The notes: generated by a model from the letters alone, not told the origin. Shown: positions 1 to 14,717, counted from the first letter of the stretch. The stretch is DNA of 32,000 bases from Aliivibrio fischeri ES114 (GCF_000011805.1 NC_006840.2); one strand, 5' to 3'. Translations and numbers: made by a program.

Positions 1-92
1 TAAAAGTAATTTTGTGTAGTCACTCAGTTCATTGATTAGTTATTTGCTTTCGCAAATAGTGATTATCAATTCACAAGTGCCCACACAGATTG
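1..92 (-). promoter_or_regulatory. 16S rRNA leader of an additional tandem rRNA operon that continues off the left edge
   Basis: Bases 1-91 match the leader of the complete operon at 5357-5447 with about 2 mismatches, including the 16S-flanking motif (rc) AATCTGTGTGGGCACTTGTGAATTGATAATCACTATTTGCGAAAG. Confidence 0.85.
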
Positions 93-102
93 ATTTGGTT
101 AA

Positions 103-115
103 ATTGTTAAAGAGC
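103..115 (-). promoter_or_regulatory. rrn boxA-like antitermination element
   Basis: Reverse complement GCTCTTTAACAAT, the classic rrn boxA core, between the promoter and the 16S leader motif. Confidence 0.7.
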
Positions 116-163
116 TTGTCTTTCAACCACTTAGCGTTTCCGCTTCGTCGTTTCAGGCTGCGT

Positions 164-191
164 ATAATACGCTGTCTGATTTGAAAGTCAA
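164..191 (-). promoter_or_regulatory. Promoter for the left-hand rRNA operon
   Basis: Reverse complement TTGACT-N16-TATTAT with an A/T-rich UP-like tract upstream (AAAAATAATTGAAAAAGTTGAAAATATTAT). Confidence 0.7.
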
Positions 192-274
192 GATAATATT
201 TTCAACTTTTTCAATTATTTTTGAATCGTTAAAAACGTTATGTTGACTTGGCTCACAGTGACAGTCTGGGAGCG

Positions 275-304
275 AAATAAAAGCCCGTTCAACTGAACGG
301 GCTC
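275..304 (-). terminator. Intrinsic terminator of the rRNA operon after 5S
   Basis: Reverse complement GAGCCCGTTCAGTTGAACGGGCTTTTATTT: GC-rich hairpin followed by a T-rich tract. Confidence 0.9.
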
Positions 305-316
305 TCATTCAAATTC

Positions 317-436
317 AAGCCTGGCGATGTCCTACTCTCACATGGGGAAACCCCACACTACCATCGGCGCTATTACGTTTCACTTCTGAGTTCGGCATGG
401 GATCAGGTGGGTCCATAACGCTATGGTCGCCAAGCA
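317..436 (-). rRNA. rrf: 5S ribosomal RNA
   Basis: Reverse complement TGCTTGGCGACCATAGCG...CCGATGGTAGTGTGGGGTTTCCCCATGTGAGAGTAGGACATCGCCAGGCTT, about 120 nt. Confidence 0.97.
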
Positions 437-526
437 AATTCTTTAATTCGGAAAGCTTAATTCTTAATGCACATTCAATTCGTTTCTTGCAACTTCAAAT
501 CCGTTCAAAACCCCTTGGGTGTTGTA

Positions 527-3416
<2,890 letters not shown>

Positions 3417-3693
3417 ATACAACCCCAAGAGGTTTCGTATGGCATAAACAACCAAGGTTGAACTCGTCATTGCGAGTTCTGGTTTTTCGCCGGATTCAAA
3501 ATACAAGAACACTTGAATGTGTTGTTCTTCGTTTTACAGAGTAAAACAAAGGATATTAAGAACTTTTAAATTTTGATTTAGATAACTCGTAAGTTATTTA
3601 AATCAGTCAGCTTTCCAAATTGTTAAAGAGCTTAAAGCAAAAGCTTTAATCAATAATAAAGATTATTAATTAAAACTCTTTATCTTTAATTTA

Positions 3694-3719
3694 AAACCTA
3701 ATTAATCTGTGTGAACACT
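3694..3719 (-). other. 3' arm of the 16S precursor processing stem (RNase III-type)
   Basis: AAACCTAATTAATCTGTGTGAACACT here can pair with AGTGCCCACACAGATTAATAGGTTT at 5432-5456, bracketing 16S. Confidence 0.7.
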
Positions 3720-3740
3720 CATAAATCGCAATCTATCGTT

Positions 3741-5293
<1,553 letters not shown>

Positions 5294-5521
5294 AAGTTTT
5301 TTTGGTTTGTTTCAGCAGAAACAAAACCGACTCAATGATTAATACTGATTGTTACATAAAAGTAATTTTGTGCAGTCACTCAGCTCATTGATTAGTTATT
5401 TGCTTTCGCAAATAGTGATTATCAATTCACAAGTGCCCACACAGATTAATAGGTTTCTAATTTTTAAAGAGCTTTTCTTCTACTTTCAAAGCGTTTCCGC
5501 TTTTCTGTGAAGAGGACGGTC

Positions 5522-5549
5522 ATTTTATCGATTTAAGTTTCAGTGTCAA
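5522..5549 (-). promoter_or_regulatory. rrn P2 promoter
   Basis: Reverse complement TTGACA-N16-TAAAAT upstream of the 16S leader. Confidence 0.75.
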
Positions 5550-5638
5550 GCACTTATTTGAAACTAAATTTTTAACCGCCGTTCTGACCTTGGTTGCTAA
5601 CCCCTTATGGGATGGGCTCTCCGTGTCAGTGAGGTCGC

Positions 5639-5702
5639 ATTATAGAGAGTTAGATCACATTAGCAAGCCCTTTTTTCAAAAAAAATCGTTTTTTTGTTTT
5701 TA
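5639..5702 (-). promoter_or_regulatory. rrn P1 promoter with UP element
   Basis: Reverse complement TTGCTA-N16-TATAAT (5639-5666), preceded on the minus strand by the A/T tract AAAAACAAAAAAACGATTTTTTTTGAAAAAA (about 5671-5701). Confidence 0.75.
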
Positions 5703-5788
5703 TGGTTAAAGTCCATACAAATCGGTGCTAAATTATCTTTTATAACGCATATTATTAACACTAAATTATCATTTTTGAGGTTTATTCT

Positions 5789-6334
5789 ATGATTTCTTCA
5801 TTACGACGCTATAAATCAAACTTTCCTTCAATCGGCTCTAATACCTATATAGATACCTCTTCTGTATTAATTGGAGAAATTACTATTGGCCAAGACTCTA
5901 GTGTTTGGCCTTTGGTTGTTGCTCGAGGTGATGTAAATAGTATTTCTATTGGCGATAGAACAAATATTCAAGATGGTTCAGTTTTGCATGTTACCCATAA
6001 AAACCCTGAGAACCCAAAAGGTGCACCTTTAGTTATTGGCAATGATGTCACTATTGGTCACAAAGTTATGTTGCATGGTTGCGTAATTGAAGACCGAGTT
6101 CTTGTTGGAATGGGAAGCATTATTTTAGACAACGCTTATATTGAAGCTGATGTAATGATTGGTGCTGGTTCTCTTGTTCCACCAAACAAGCGTCTTGAAA
6201 GTGGCTACCTTTATATAGGTAGCCCTGTAAAACAAGTTCGCCCTCTATCTATAGAGGAAATTGCATCACTTAAAAAATCTGCATTAAATTACGTTAATTT
6301 TAAGAATGACTATATAGAAGAAGAAATTAATTAA
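5789..6334 (+). CDS. yrdA: Gamma-class carbonic anhydrase family / hexapeptide-repeat protein YrdA
   Basis: 181-aa ORF with left-handed beta-helix hexapeptide repeats (IGEITIGQDSSVWPLVVARGDVNSISIGDRTNIQDGSVLHVTH); next to aroE/tsaC as in E. coli. Confidence 0.93.
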   Translation: MISSLRRYKSNFPSIGSNTYIDTSSVLIGEITIGQDSSVWPLVVARGDVNSISIGDRTNIQDGSVLHVTHKNPENPKGAPLVIGNDVTIGHKVMLHGCVIEDRVLVGMGSIILDNAYIEADVMIGAGSLVPPNKRLESGYLYIGSPVKQVRPLSIEEIASLKKSALNYVNFKNDYIEEEIN

Positions 6335-6590
6335 TTTCAATCTCTCCTGAAGCATTGAATTCTTCATCTTCGATCAATGCTTCAGCTTTCTCTTCTATAT
6401 CAAAGCGTAACTGGTTAAAAACCTCATTCGCTTTATCATGATGGCAAATAGATTCACCACTTTCTTCTTCAAGCCATGAGAATGAAACTGAACAATTAAT
6501 TAAGCTTCCCATTTGTTGTGCTGAAAAACGCACACACTTCTTTTCTAGCTCTACGGTTAAATCGTCTGAAAAGAGAATCGACTGATTCAT
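6327..6590 (-). CDS. DUF1488 family protein (YrdB-like)
   Basis: ORF 6327-6620; likely start is the internal Met (MNQSILFSDDLTVELEKK) at 6590. Position between yrdA and aroE matches E. coli yrdB. Confidence 0.8.
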   Translation of the reverse strand: MNQSILFSDDLTVELEKKCVRFSAQQMGSLINCSVSFSWLEEESGESICHHDKANEVFNQLRFDIEEKAEALIEDEEFNASGEIEIN

Positions 6591-6600
6591 TACATACCTT

Positions 6601-7410
6601 CTAAGTCTTTCGTAATTCACGCAAAATTTGTTTACTACCAGGACGTAGCCCTCTCCATACAGTAAAGCTTTCTGCAGCTTGACCGACTAGCATTCCTAAT
6701 CCATCATAAGCTTGGTAAGCATCATTTTTTAATGCCCATTGATTAAAGATGGTTTTACCAGAGCCATACATCATGTCATAGCTAATCGCACCACCTGAGA
6801 ATATGACAGGATCTATTTGAGGAAGCTCCCCAGATAAACTTGCTGATGTTGAATTGATAATGACATCAAACCCTTTATTAATATCACTCATCTTTTTTGC
6901 TTCTATCCTTCCATAAGGAGAAAACAGTTCCGCAAGTTGTTTTGCTTTTTCATAAGTTCGATTAACAAGAGTAATAGAAGCGGGATTTTGTTTTAACAAA
7001 GGAAGAATGACACCACGAGCTGCGCCACCAGCACCAATTAATAAAATGTGTTTATCTTCTAAAGGTACTTGGTACTGCAATAAGTCTTGAACTAACCCTT
7101 CGCCATCGGTGTTATCACCTAAAATAATGCCATCATCCAATTTTTTAAGTGTATTTACCGCTCCTGCGAGTTTTGCTCTTTCTGTTAATTGATCAGCAAA
7201 CTGAAACGCTTCCTCTTTAAAAGGGACCGTTACATTACAGCCTTTTCCTTGTTGAGAAAAAAACGCTGTTACTGACTCAACAAAACCGTTTATTGGTGCT
7301 TCAATTGCTGAATATTCTAAATCCTGCATTGTTTGACGAGCAAATAAGGTATGAATAAAAGGTGATTTGCTGTGTTTAATCGGATTACCAAAAACGGCAT
7401 ACTTGTCCAT
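6601..7410 (-). CDS. aroE: Shikimate dehydrogenase (NADP+)
   Basis: 269 aa: [48 protein letters not shown]. Confidence 0.97.
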   Translation of the reverse strand: MDKYAVFGNPIKHSKSPFIHTLFARQTMQDLEYSAIEAPINGFVESVTAFFSQQGKGCNVTVPFKEEAFQFADQLTERAKLAGAVNTLKKLDDGIILGDNTDGEGLVQDLLQYQVPLEDKHILLIGAGGAARGVILPLLKQNPASITLVNRTYEKAKQLAELFSPYGRIEAKKMSDINKGFDVIINSTSASLSGELPQIDPVIFSGGAISYDMMYGSGKTIFNQWALKNDAYQAYDGLGMLVGQAAESFTVWRGLRPGSKQILRELRKT

Positions 7411-7482
7411 GTAAAAATATTCCCTGCAATGAAAGAACTAAAATGATGTGAGTAACCTTACCTTAAACCAATCATTGATGCA

Positions 7483-8040
7483 TTATCCCTGACGCAGCGT
7501 ATTACCTGTTTTCGCATCACGAATTTCAGTAGGCTGAGTCCGATTACCTACTTCACCTTGAAAAATAACTACCCCCGTATCCCCTAATTGAGCTTCAACT
7601 TCAGTGACACTTCGACAAGGTTCCAATCCTGAAAGGTTAGCACTCGTTGAAGTAATTGGTTTACCGAATGCGTTACAAATAGCTTTCACTTGAGGATGAG
7701 CTGTTACTCTGACAGCAATACTATCAAATTGCCCAGTAACTAAAGGTAATGTGCTTGTTTTCACTGGAACAATCCAAGTCACAGGACCAGGCCATGATGC
7801 TTTAATGGTATTTACTTGCTCTTCTGTTAATTGTTCTAAATCGATATAAGGTAATAATTGCTCTATAGATGCAGCAATCAAAATTAGTCCTTTTTCTTTT
7901 GGTCTCTTTTTTACATCCAATAAATTTAGTAACGCTTGTTCGTTATCAGGATCGCAACCAACACCAAAAACGCCTTCTGTTGGATAAGCGATAACATTCC
8001 CTTGCTTCAAGGCGTCTACGACTTGATTTAGATTCTTCAC
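7483..8040 (-). CDS. tsaC: L-threonylcarbamoyladenylate synthase, TsaC/YrdC type
   Basis: 185 aa; IAYPTEGVFGVGCDP, KKRPKEKGLILIAA, SWPGPVTWIVP, TSTSANLSG motifs. Confidence 0.95.
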   Translation of the reverse strand: MKNLNQVVDALKQGNVIAYPTEGVFGVGCDPDNEQALLNLLDVKKRPKEKGLILIAASIEQLLPYIDLEQLTEEQVNTIKASWPGPVTWIVPVKTSTLPLVTGQFDSIAVRVTAHPQVKAICNAFGKPITSTSANLSGLEPCRSVTEVEAQLGDTGVVIFQGEVGNRTQPTEIRDAKTGNTLRQG

Positions 8041-8153
8041 ATTAATACCACTCTCTTCTATATGTAGTATCTATTCTATTGATCTACTCAAATCACACAA
8101 CCGCTTTCCTTTTTTGAATTGTCATCATTCATTAATAAGTTTAGCTTTTCCTT

Positions 8154-8169
8154 ACGCAAACGTTTTCCT
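8154..8169 (+). promoter_or_regulatory. PurR-like operator upstream of purEK
   Basis: ACGCAAACGTTTTCCT is close to the PurR consensus ACGCAAACGTTTGCGT and overlaps the putative -35. Confidence 0.75.
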
Positions 8170-8191
8170 TAATAAAAAATAACCGTATAAT
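8163..8191 (+). promoter_or_regulatory. Putative purEK promoter
   Basis: TTTTCC-N17-TATAAT, overlapping the PurR-like box and upstream of the purE RBS. Confidence 0.6.
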
Positions 8192-8239
8192 GCGGATAAC
8201 TTTTCTATATTGCCAATATCTTTATTTAAGGAGTTCACA

Positions 8240-8725
8240 ATGAAAGTCGGTATTATCATGGGTTCAAAATCAGACTGGCCAACAATGAAACTAGCCGCTG
8301 AGATGCTTGACCGCTTTAATGTGCCTTATGAGACAAAAGTGGTTTCTGCTCATAGAACACCTCAGTTACTTGCCGATTATGCAACTCAAGCAAAAGATCG
8401 TGGCATCAAAGTAATTATCGCAGGTGCGGGTGGTGCAGCACACCTTCCTGGAATGGCAGCAGCATTCACAAGTGTTCCTGTTTTAGGTGTTCCAGTACAA
8501 TCTCGTGCACTTAAAGGTATGGATTCATTACTTTCAATTGTACAGATGCCAAAAGGTATTGCTGTTGGTACTCTTGCGATAGGTGAAGCGGGAGCGGCTA
8601 ATGCAGGTATCCTTGCAGCTCAAATCATTGGAACATCAAACGAAGAAGTAATGGCTGCGGTTGAAGCTTTCCGTAAAGAACAAACTGAAATGGTGTTAGA
8701 GAACCCAGATCCATCAGAGGATTAA
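8240..8725 (+). CDS. purE: N5-carboxyaminoimidazole ribonucleotide mutase
   Basis: [23 protein letters not shown]; start placed at 8240 behind AAGGAG rather than the track start at 8210. Confidence 0.97.
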
Positions 8726-8727
8726 TC

Positions 8728-9840
8728 ATGAATGTTCTTATTTTAGGTTCAGGTCAATTAGCACGAATGATGTCTTTAGCTAGTGCTCCATTAAATATTG
8801 ATGTGATCGCTTATGATGTTAATAGCCAACAAATTGTACATCCATTAACTCAACAACCGATTGATTTATCATTAGAACAAGCCATTAAACAAGTCGATGT
8901 TATTACGGCTGAGTTTGAACATATTCCTCATCATATTCTAGATATTTGTAGTGTAAGTGGAAAATTTCAACCAACACCTGATGCAATAAAAGCAGGTGGT
9001 GATCGCCGTCTTGAAAAAAAGTTATTAGATAACGCGCATGTTGCAAATGCCAAATACCATAATATCAATACTAAACAGGACTTTTTGAATGCCATCGATA
9101 CCGTTGGGATCCCTATGGTATTGAAGAGTGCGTTAGGCGGTTATGATGGAAAAGGTCAATGGCGCTTAAAAGACGTATCACAAGTTGATTCTATTTGGGA
9201 AGAAATGGATGAGTTAATTAAAAGCTCTCCAAATCAAGCAATAGTTGCAGAACAATTTATTCCATTTAACCGTGAAGTTTCACTCATTGGAGCTCGTAAT
9301 AAAAACGGTCAAATGGTGACTTACCCACTGACTGAAAATGTTCATGTCGATGGTGTTCTTGCTTTATCAACCGCTTTAGAAGGGACAAGTAATTTACAAC
9401 AACAAGCCGATGAAATGTTTACAGCTATCGCTGATGAACTGAATTATATCGGAGTGCTTGCTATTGAGTTTTTCGATGTAGACGGAACGTTACTTGTAAA
9501 TGAAATTGCCCCTCGTGTGCATAATTCAGGGCACTGGACTCAACAAGGGACCGATATTTGCCAATTTGAAATGCACATTCGAGCGGTATGCAACTTACCA
9601 TTAACGGGTAATCAATTACTTCGCTCAACTGCGATGATTAATATTTTAGGTGAAGATAGCTTACCAGATGAAATATTAACAATGCCGAATTGCCATATTC
9701 ATTGGTATGGAAAAGAGAAGCGAGCGGGTAGAAAAATGGGACATATTAACGTGTGTGCCGACTCCCCTGAAATGCTACAAAAAGAGCTTTCTAAACTTGC
9801 AAATATTTTAGATAAACAAGCCTTTAAAGCTCTTTCTTAA
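8728..9840 (+). CDS. purK: 5-(carboxyamino)imidazole ribonucleotide synthase
   Basis: 370 aa ATP-grasp protein: [45 protein letters not shown]; directly after purE. Confidence 0.97.
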
Positions 9841-9877
9841 ATCTCAAGGTATGAGTAACTTAATACTTGTGATTAAG

Positions 9878-10447
9878 TTACTCTGATTGGCTCTGAACTT
9901 CTGCACATTTTTTATCTGCACAGATTAAACGAGTTCCTGCCGCTGTTTCTTTTTTTAAAAGCAACTCAAAACCACATTTTTGACAACACCCTTGCTGTGG
10001 CTCTAAATTAACCGCAAAACGACAAGCAGGGTAAGCATCACATGCGTAAAATGATTTACCAAAACGAGATTGTTTCTCTTGTAGATGTCCTTTATGACAA
10101 CTAGGGCAAACCGTTTCTGTCTGCGACGACTCTTTCTTTTGTTCTAAAGATTCAATATGAGTACATGATGGATATGCAGAACAACCGACAAACATTCCAT
10201 ATCGACCTTGTCTCAACACCAATTCACTTTCACATTGAGGGCATGGGATCCCTAACTCTTTCACTACATGACCATCATTACTTTTTAATGGACGAATATA
10301 GTCACATTCAGGGTAATTTTGACAGCCTAAAAATGGACCTCTTTTTCCATAACGGATACTTAGTTCACCGCTACATTGAGGGCATATTTCATGCTCTAAC
10401 GCATGCTCATGCGCTTGAAATAATTCTTTATCAATCTTTCCAGACAT
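9878..10447 (-). CDS. yrdD: Topoisomerase-type C4 zinc-finger protein (YrdD-like)
   Basis: 189 aa with repeated four-cysteine modules (CPQCSGELSIRYGKRGPFLGCQNYPEC; CPQCESELVLRQGRYGMFVGCSAYPSC; CPSCHKG...CDAYPAC; CCQKCGFE...C). Confidence 0.88.
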   Translation of the reverse strand: MSGKIDKELFQAHEHALEHEICPQCSGELSIRYGKRGPFLGCQNYPECDYIRPLKSNDGHVVKELGIPCPQCESELVLRQGRYGMFVGCSAYPSCTHIESLEQKKESSQTETVCPSCHKGHLQEKQSRFGKSFYACDAYPACRFAVNLEPQQGCCQKCGFELLLKKETAAGTRLICADKKCAEVQSQSE

Positions 10448-10457
10448 TCTCTCAGCC

Positions 10458-10931
10458 TTAGTGAGTCAAGCCTACATCAGAGGTATACAATAACTCTTCC
10501 ATCTGTGTATAAGCGCTTTCCTGTCCTGGAACATTAAACAATACCATTAGAACAACCCACTTTAGATCATCTAATGACAGTTCATCCGTTTCTAAAGCCA
10601 TTACTTGCTCAATCACCATTTCACGAGTTTCGCTAGTAAGTACTTTAATTTGTTCTAAGAAAAGTAAAAAACCACGACATACCGTATTTATCCCATCAAT
10701 TTCTTGTTGAGTATAAATTCGCATTGACGTTGACGTTCCTGTTGCAACACGAGCATGCTCGTCCGTATCTTGTAAACGAGCCAGATCTTCTAACCAATCT
10801 AACGCTTTATATACTGCTTCTTGGTGAAAGCCTGCTTTTAGCAATTCATCTTCTAATTTTTCTTGTTCTACATTCAGTTCAACATCACTATGGATATATG
10901 TTTCAAATAGATACATCAGAACATCCATCAT
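10458..10931 (-). CDS. smg: DUF494 family protein Smg
   Basis: 157 aa [30 protein letters not shown]..., next to dprA. Confidence 0.93.
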   Translation of the reverse strand: MMDVLMYLFETYIHSDVELNVEQEKLEDELLKAGFHQEAVYKALDWLEDLARLQDTDEHARVATGTSTSMRIYTQQEIDGINTVCRGFLLFLEQIKVLTSETREMVIEQVMALETDELSLDDLKWVVLMVLFNVPGQESAYTQMEELLYTSDVGLTH

Positions 10932-10933
10932 GG

Positions 10934-12043
10934 CTAGCCCCTCCGCTTTTTAATGTAACCCCCTGGGACTGCAGCGATGAAACCTTGCAACTCTAATTCA
11001 AGTAATTGCATCATGATTTCATGTACAGGCATCTGACACCGCTCTGCGATTATATCGACAGGCGTCGCCTCACCGCCTACGGTAGCGAACACTTCAGGAA
11101 ATGGCAATTGTTCTGTGATAACTTCTTGTTCGAAAAGTGATGGTTGATGAGATAGTGCACACTCAGTCAGAGCTCCTATTTCATTAAAAATATCATCAGG
11201 AGAAGATACTAATGTTGCTCCAGATTTAATTAAACCATTCGAACCTTGAGCTGTTGGGTTTTGAATAGAACCAGGTAAAGCAAATACCTCTCGTCCCTGT
11301 TCATTTGCATATCTTGCTGTAATTAAAGACCCAGAACGCTCTGCCGCTTCAACAACAAGAACCCCTGTTGATAAACCACTAATGATTCGATTGCGTCGTG
11401 GAAAGTTATCCGCTCTTGGTGGAGCATCAGGCCTAAACTCAGAAACTAAAGCGCCATTTTCACTCACTCTCTGAGCTAAGGCGCGATGCTTGGCTGGGTA
11501 TATCTTTTCTAGACCAGAACCAAGAACAGCAATGGTTTTCCCTTTTGCTTCTATTGCACCATGATGTGCATATCCATCGACACCAAGAGCAAGACCGCTG
11601 GTTACAACATAATTATGCTGAACAATAGAACGAGCAAACTCTTTAGCACAATCCAATCCTTCCAGACTGGCATTTCGGCTCCCGACAATCGCTACTTGTG
11701 GCTCAGATAAACAGAGAGCATCCCCTTTAACAAACAACACTGGAGGTGGAGCGCTAATCTCTGACAACAATTTGGGGTATCTAGGATCAGTTAATGGCAA
11801 TATCGTATGTTCAGAACTCTTTTCTTGCCAAGTCAAACAGGTTTCAACCTGCTTATTTGTCGTCTGCTTTAGATAGGATATTTGAGATGAAGAGAGACCT
11901 AAAGCCTGTAATTGATCATCATTGTATTGCAGAATATTTTCAGCTGAATCGACACTGAGTAAACGGGACATGACTTTCCCGCCTACTCTAGGACAAAAAC
12001 ATAAGGTTAGCCAAGCCGACAAATGTTCTTCGGAAATGGACAT
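10934..12043 (-). CDS. dprA: DNA-processing/competence protein DprA (Smf)
   Basis: 369 aa; [51 protein letters not shown] Rossmann-like core and C-terminal winged-helix-like region. Confidence 0.95.
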   Translation of the reverse strand: MSISEEHLSAWLTLCFCPRVGGKVMSRLLSVDSAENILQYNDDQLQALGLSSSQISYLKQTTNKQVETCLTWQEKSSEHTILPLTDPRYPKLLSEISAPPPVLFVKGDALCLSEPQVAIVGSRNASLEGLDCAKEFARSIVQHNYVVTSGLALGVDGYAHHGAIEAKGKTIAVLGSGLEKIYPAKHRALAQRVSENGALVSEFRPDAPPRADNFPRRNRIISGLSTGVLVVEAAERSGSLITARYANEQGREVFALPGSIQNPTAQGSNGLIKSGATLVSSPDDIFNEIGALTECALSHQPSLFEQEVITEQLPFPEVFATVGGEATPVDIIAERCQMPVHEIMMQLLELELQGFIAAVPGGYIKKRRG

Positions 12044-12051
12044 AACGTTAT

Positions 12052-13122
12052 TTATTCCTCATCAGGAGAAACCGCTATAACACCTTTGTGTATTGGCATT
12101 TCACTTTTTGTAATGAGTGCTAAGCTAAATTTTTCATAAGGCCTAATAACAATTAATTCACCAATTTCCGTTTGAGGTAATTGAATGCCTTCTTTCTTGG
12201 TGTCTTTATCGACTTCATAGTAGTACTCGCCTTTATTGCCATTAACAATGTTTCCTTCTTCTTTCAAAGAAAACATACTTCCTTGCAATAAGCCGTCATT
12301 ACTGCCTTTATCTATCACTGCAACTTGATTAACCGCTAAGTATTCACCACCATCAATAGAACCAAGTATGGATACATCAATATCTTTTGGTGCAGGTTGA
12401 GGGTAAAACGTTGTGGTTAATTCTGTTTTTATTTCATCTGAAGAAATAGGTAAAACCACATCATTAATCGCAATTTCTTGTTGCTGTTTAATGATTTTTA
12501 ATCCACTCATATCTTCATTACTTTCGGCTAACTCAGCGACACCAACAAGACGAAGGGCATAAGATGAGGCTTTGTCATCCTGACGAGAAAATTCATTAAC
12601 GACTCGGTATATACCCCATTCTTTATGCGATAGCTCAGCATCAACGTACACTCTTTCACTCGAACTTAAAAATTTACGACCATCACTGGTTCCAAGTACT
12701 CGGTAAGACGTTTGGTAATTCACATCATCAATTAAACGATCAGACTGTAAATAAGGTACTACTAAGCTAGTGGGTAAGGTAGGAACTGGCTCTTTTACCA
12801 CCTTACGCATTTTAGGCGACAATTTTTTAAGTGGTTTAACACTTAATACAGGATTGCCATTGTGCCAACTTAACGTTAATTCATCTCCAGGATAAATTAA
12901 GTGAGGATTATTTATATCTGGGTTAATTTTCCATAATTTTGGCCAAAACCAAGGGCTATCTAAAAATAACGCCGAAATATCCCAGAGAGTATCCCCTTTT
13001 TTAACGGTGTATTGTTCCGGATAATCTTGTTTTAAAACCAATTTATCATCACTTGATATCGATGGTGATGAGAATAAAATTGCGCTAATTAATGATGAAA
13101 AAATGAGTGTTTTTTTTAACAT
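12052..13122 (-). CDS. LysM peptidoglycan-binding domain protein with signal peptide
   Basis: 356 aa; N-terminal hydrophobic signal (LIFSSLISAILFSSPSISS) then a LysM motif (YTVKKGDTLWDISALFLDSPWFWPKLWKINPDINNPHLIYPGDEL). Confidence 0.88.
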   Translation of the reverse strand: MLKKTLIFSSLISAILFSSPSISSDDKLVLKQDYPEQYTVKKGDTLWDISALFLDSPWFWPKLWKINPDINNPHLIYPGDELTLSWHNGNPVLSVKPLKKLSPKMRKVVKEPVPTLPTSLVVPYLQSDRLIDDVNYQTSYRVLGTSDGRKFLSSSERVYVDAELSHKEWGIYRVVNEFSRQDDKASSYALRLVGVAELAESNEDMSGLKIIKQQQEIAINDVVLPISSDEIKTELTTTFYPQPAPKDIDVSILGSIDGGEYLAVNQVAVIDKGSNDGLLQGSMFSLKEEGNIVNGNKGEYYYEVDKDTKKEGIQLPQTEIGELIVIRPYEKFSLALITKSEMPIHKGVIAVSPDEE

Positions 13123-13239
13123 GGTCCGCTTTCCTTGTCAGACATACCAACCGATGCTGTCATTTGCTCAATAAAATGTCTAGAATTGGAACTATTAGGT
13201 TTATGCCGTTTTCGGCGCAGTTCAACATTTTGAGTATTT

Positions 13240-13752
13240 ATGGCTTTATTAGAAGTATTAACGTTCCCGGATGACCGTCTACGTACCGTAGCAAAACCGG
13301 TAGAAGCAGTAACACCTGAAATCCAAAAATTTGTCGATGACATGATTGAAACCATGTACGACGAAGAAGGTATTGGCCTTGCTGCTACACAAGTCGATTT
13401 TCACCAACGTATCGTTGTGATTGATGTTTCTGAAACTCGTGACGAACCAATGGTTTTAATCAATCCTGTTATCACACAAAAAAGTGGTGATGATGGTATT
13501 GAAGAAGGCTGTTTGTCTGTTCCTGGAGCAAAAGGACTTGTTCCTCGCTCAGCAGAGGTATCAGTTAGCGCTCTTGATCGCGATGGTAATGAATTTAGCT
13601 TTGATGCTGATGATTTATTAGCTATCTGTGTTCAGCACGAACTGGATCACCTTGATGGCAAGTTATTCGTTGATTACTTATCGCCTCTAAAGCGTAAGCG
13701 TATCAAAGAAAAACTAGAGAAAATCAAAAAATTCAACGCTAAAAATCAGTAA
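13240..13752 (+). CDS. def: Peptide deformylase
   Basis: 170 aa with all three motifs: [26 protein letters not shown]. Confidence 0.98.
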   Translation: MALLEVLTFPDDRLRTVAKPVEAVTPEIQKFVDDMIETMYDEEGIGLAATQVDFHQRIVVIDVSETRDEPMVLINPVITQKSGDDGIEEGCLSVPGAKGLVPRSAEVSVSALDRDGNEFSFDADDLLAICVQHELDHLDGKLFVDYLSPLKRKRIKEKLEKIKKFNAKNQ

Positions 13753-13769
13753 TTGATACCGAGGTTAAT

Positions 13770-14717
13770 TTGAGCAAACCATTACGCATTATTTTTGCGG
13801 GCACACCCGATTTCGCTGCTCGCCATTTATCAGCACTTATCGACTCTCACCATGAAGTGATTGGCGTATACACTCAACCTGATCGCCCAGCAGGTCGTGG
13901 TAAAAAGCTAACAGCAAGCCCAGTAAAAGAGCTGGCGCTTGAGCACAATATTCCTGTATTCCAGCCTGAAAACTTTAAGAGTGATGAAGCAAAGCAAGAG
14001 CTTGTTGACCAAAATGCTGATTTAATGGTTGTGGTTGCTTATGGCTTACTGCTACCACAAGCGGTGTTAGATACACCAAAATTGGGTTGCATTAACGTTC
14101 ATGGCTCGATTCTTCCTCGTTGGCGTGGTGCTGCACCTATTCAACGCTCTATTTGGGCAGGTGACGCCGAGACTGGCGTAACTATCATGCAAATGGATAT
14201 TGGTTTAGATACTGGCGATATGCTGAAGATTGCAACTTTGCCTATCGAAGCAACCGATACAAGCGCCTCAATGTACGACAAATTAGCTGAACTAGGCCCA
14301 GTCGCTTTAGTTGATTGTTTATCTGATATTGCTGATGGCTCTGCTATTGCACAAAAACAAGATGATGAACTGGCTAATTACGCGAAAAAACTCAGCAAAG
14401 AAGAAGCAAAGATTGATTGGACAATGGATGCAATTGCTATTGAACGCTGTGTTCGTGCTTTTAATCCATGGCCAATGAGTCACTTCTCTGTTGAAGATAA
14501 AGCCATTAAAGTATGGCAATCTCGTGTTGAAAGCTATACCGGAGATGCAACACCAGGCACCATTATTCAAGCGGATAAAACGGGCATTTATGTTGCGACA
14601 GGTTCAGATGCCATTGTCTTTGAACAACTGCAAGTACCTGGAAAAAAAGCAATGGGTGTTCAAGATATTTTGAATTCTCGCAAAGAATGGTTTGAAGTGG
14701 GTAATACCCTTAACTAA
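13770..14717 (+). CDS. fmt: Methionyl-tRNA formyltransferase
   Basis: 315 aa [23 protein letters not shown]; [18 protein letters not shown]; appears to use a TTG start (TTGAGCAAACCA) with GAGG upstream. Confidence 0.97.
   Translation: MSKPLRIIFAGTPDFAARHLSALIDSHHEVIGVYTQPDRPAGRGKKLTASPVKELALEHNIPVFQPENFKSDEAKQELVDQNADLMVVVAYGLLLPQAVLDTPKLGCINVHGSILPRWRGAAPIQRSIWAGDAETGVTIMQMDIGLDTGDMLKIATLPIEATDTSASMYDKLAELGPVALVDCLSDIADGSAIAQKQDDELANYAKKLSKEEAKIDWTMDAIAIERCVRAFNPWPMSHFSVEDKAIKVWQSRVESYTGDATPGTIIQADKTGIYVATGSDAIVFEQLQVPGKKAMGVQDILNSRKEWFEVGNTLN

Noticed and set aside
10165-10461. 98-aa plus-strand ORF antisense to the yrdD-like gene
   Set aside because: Low-complexity His/Tyr-rich translation opposite a well-supported CDS, with no RBS or family resemblance.
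10724-10996. 90-aa plus-strand ORF antisense to smg/dprA
   Set aside because: Fully opposite well-supported coding sequence; looks like a shadow ORF.
13116-13355. 79-aa minus-strand ORF spanning the def start and the LysM-def gap
   Set aside because: Overlaps the def coding sequence and the LysM gene start; Ser/Asn/Arg-rich translation with no recognisable family.
14319-14673. ORFs 14319..14570 (-) and 14491..14673 (+) inside fmt
   Set aside because: Alternate frames of a confident fmt CDS.
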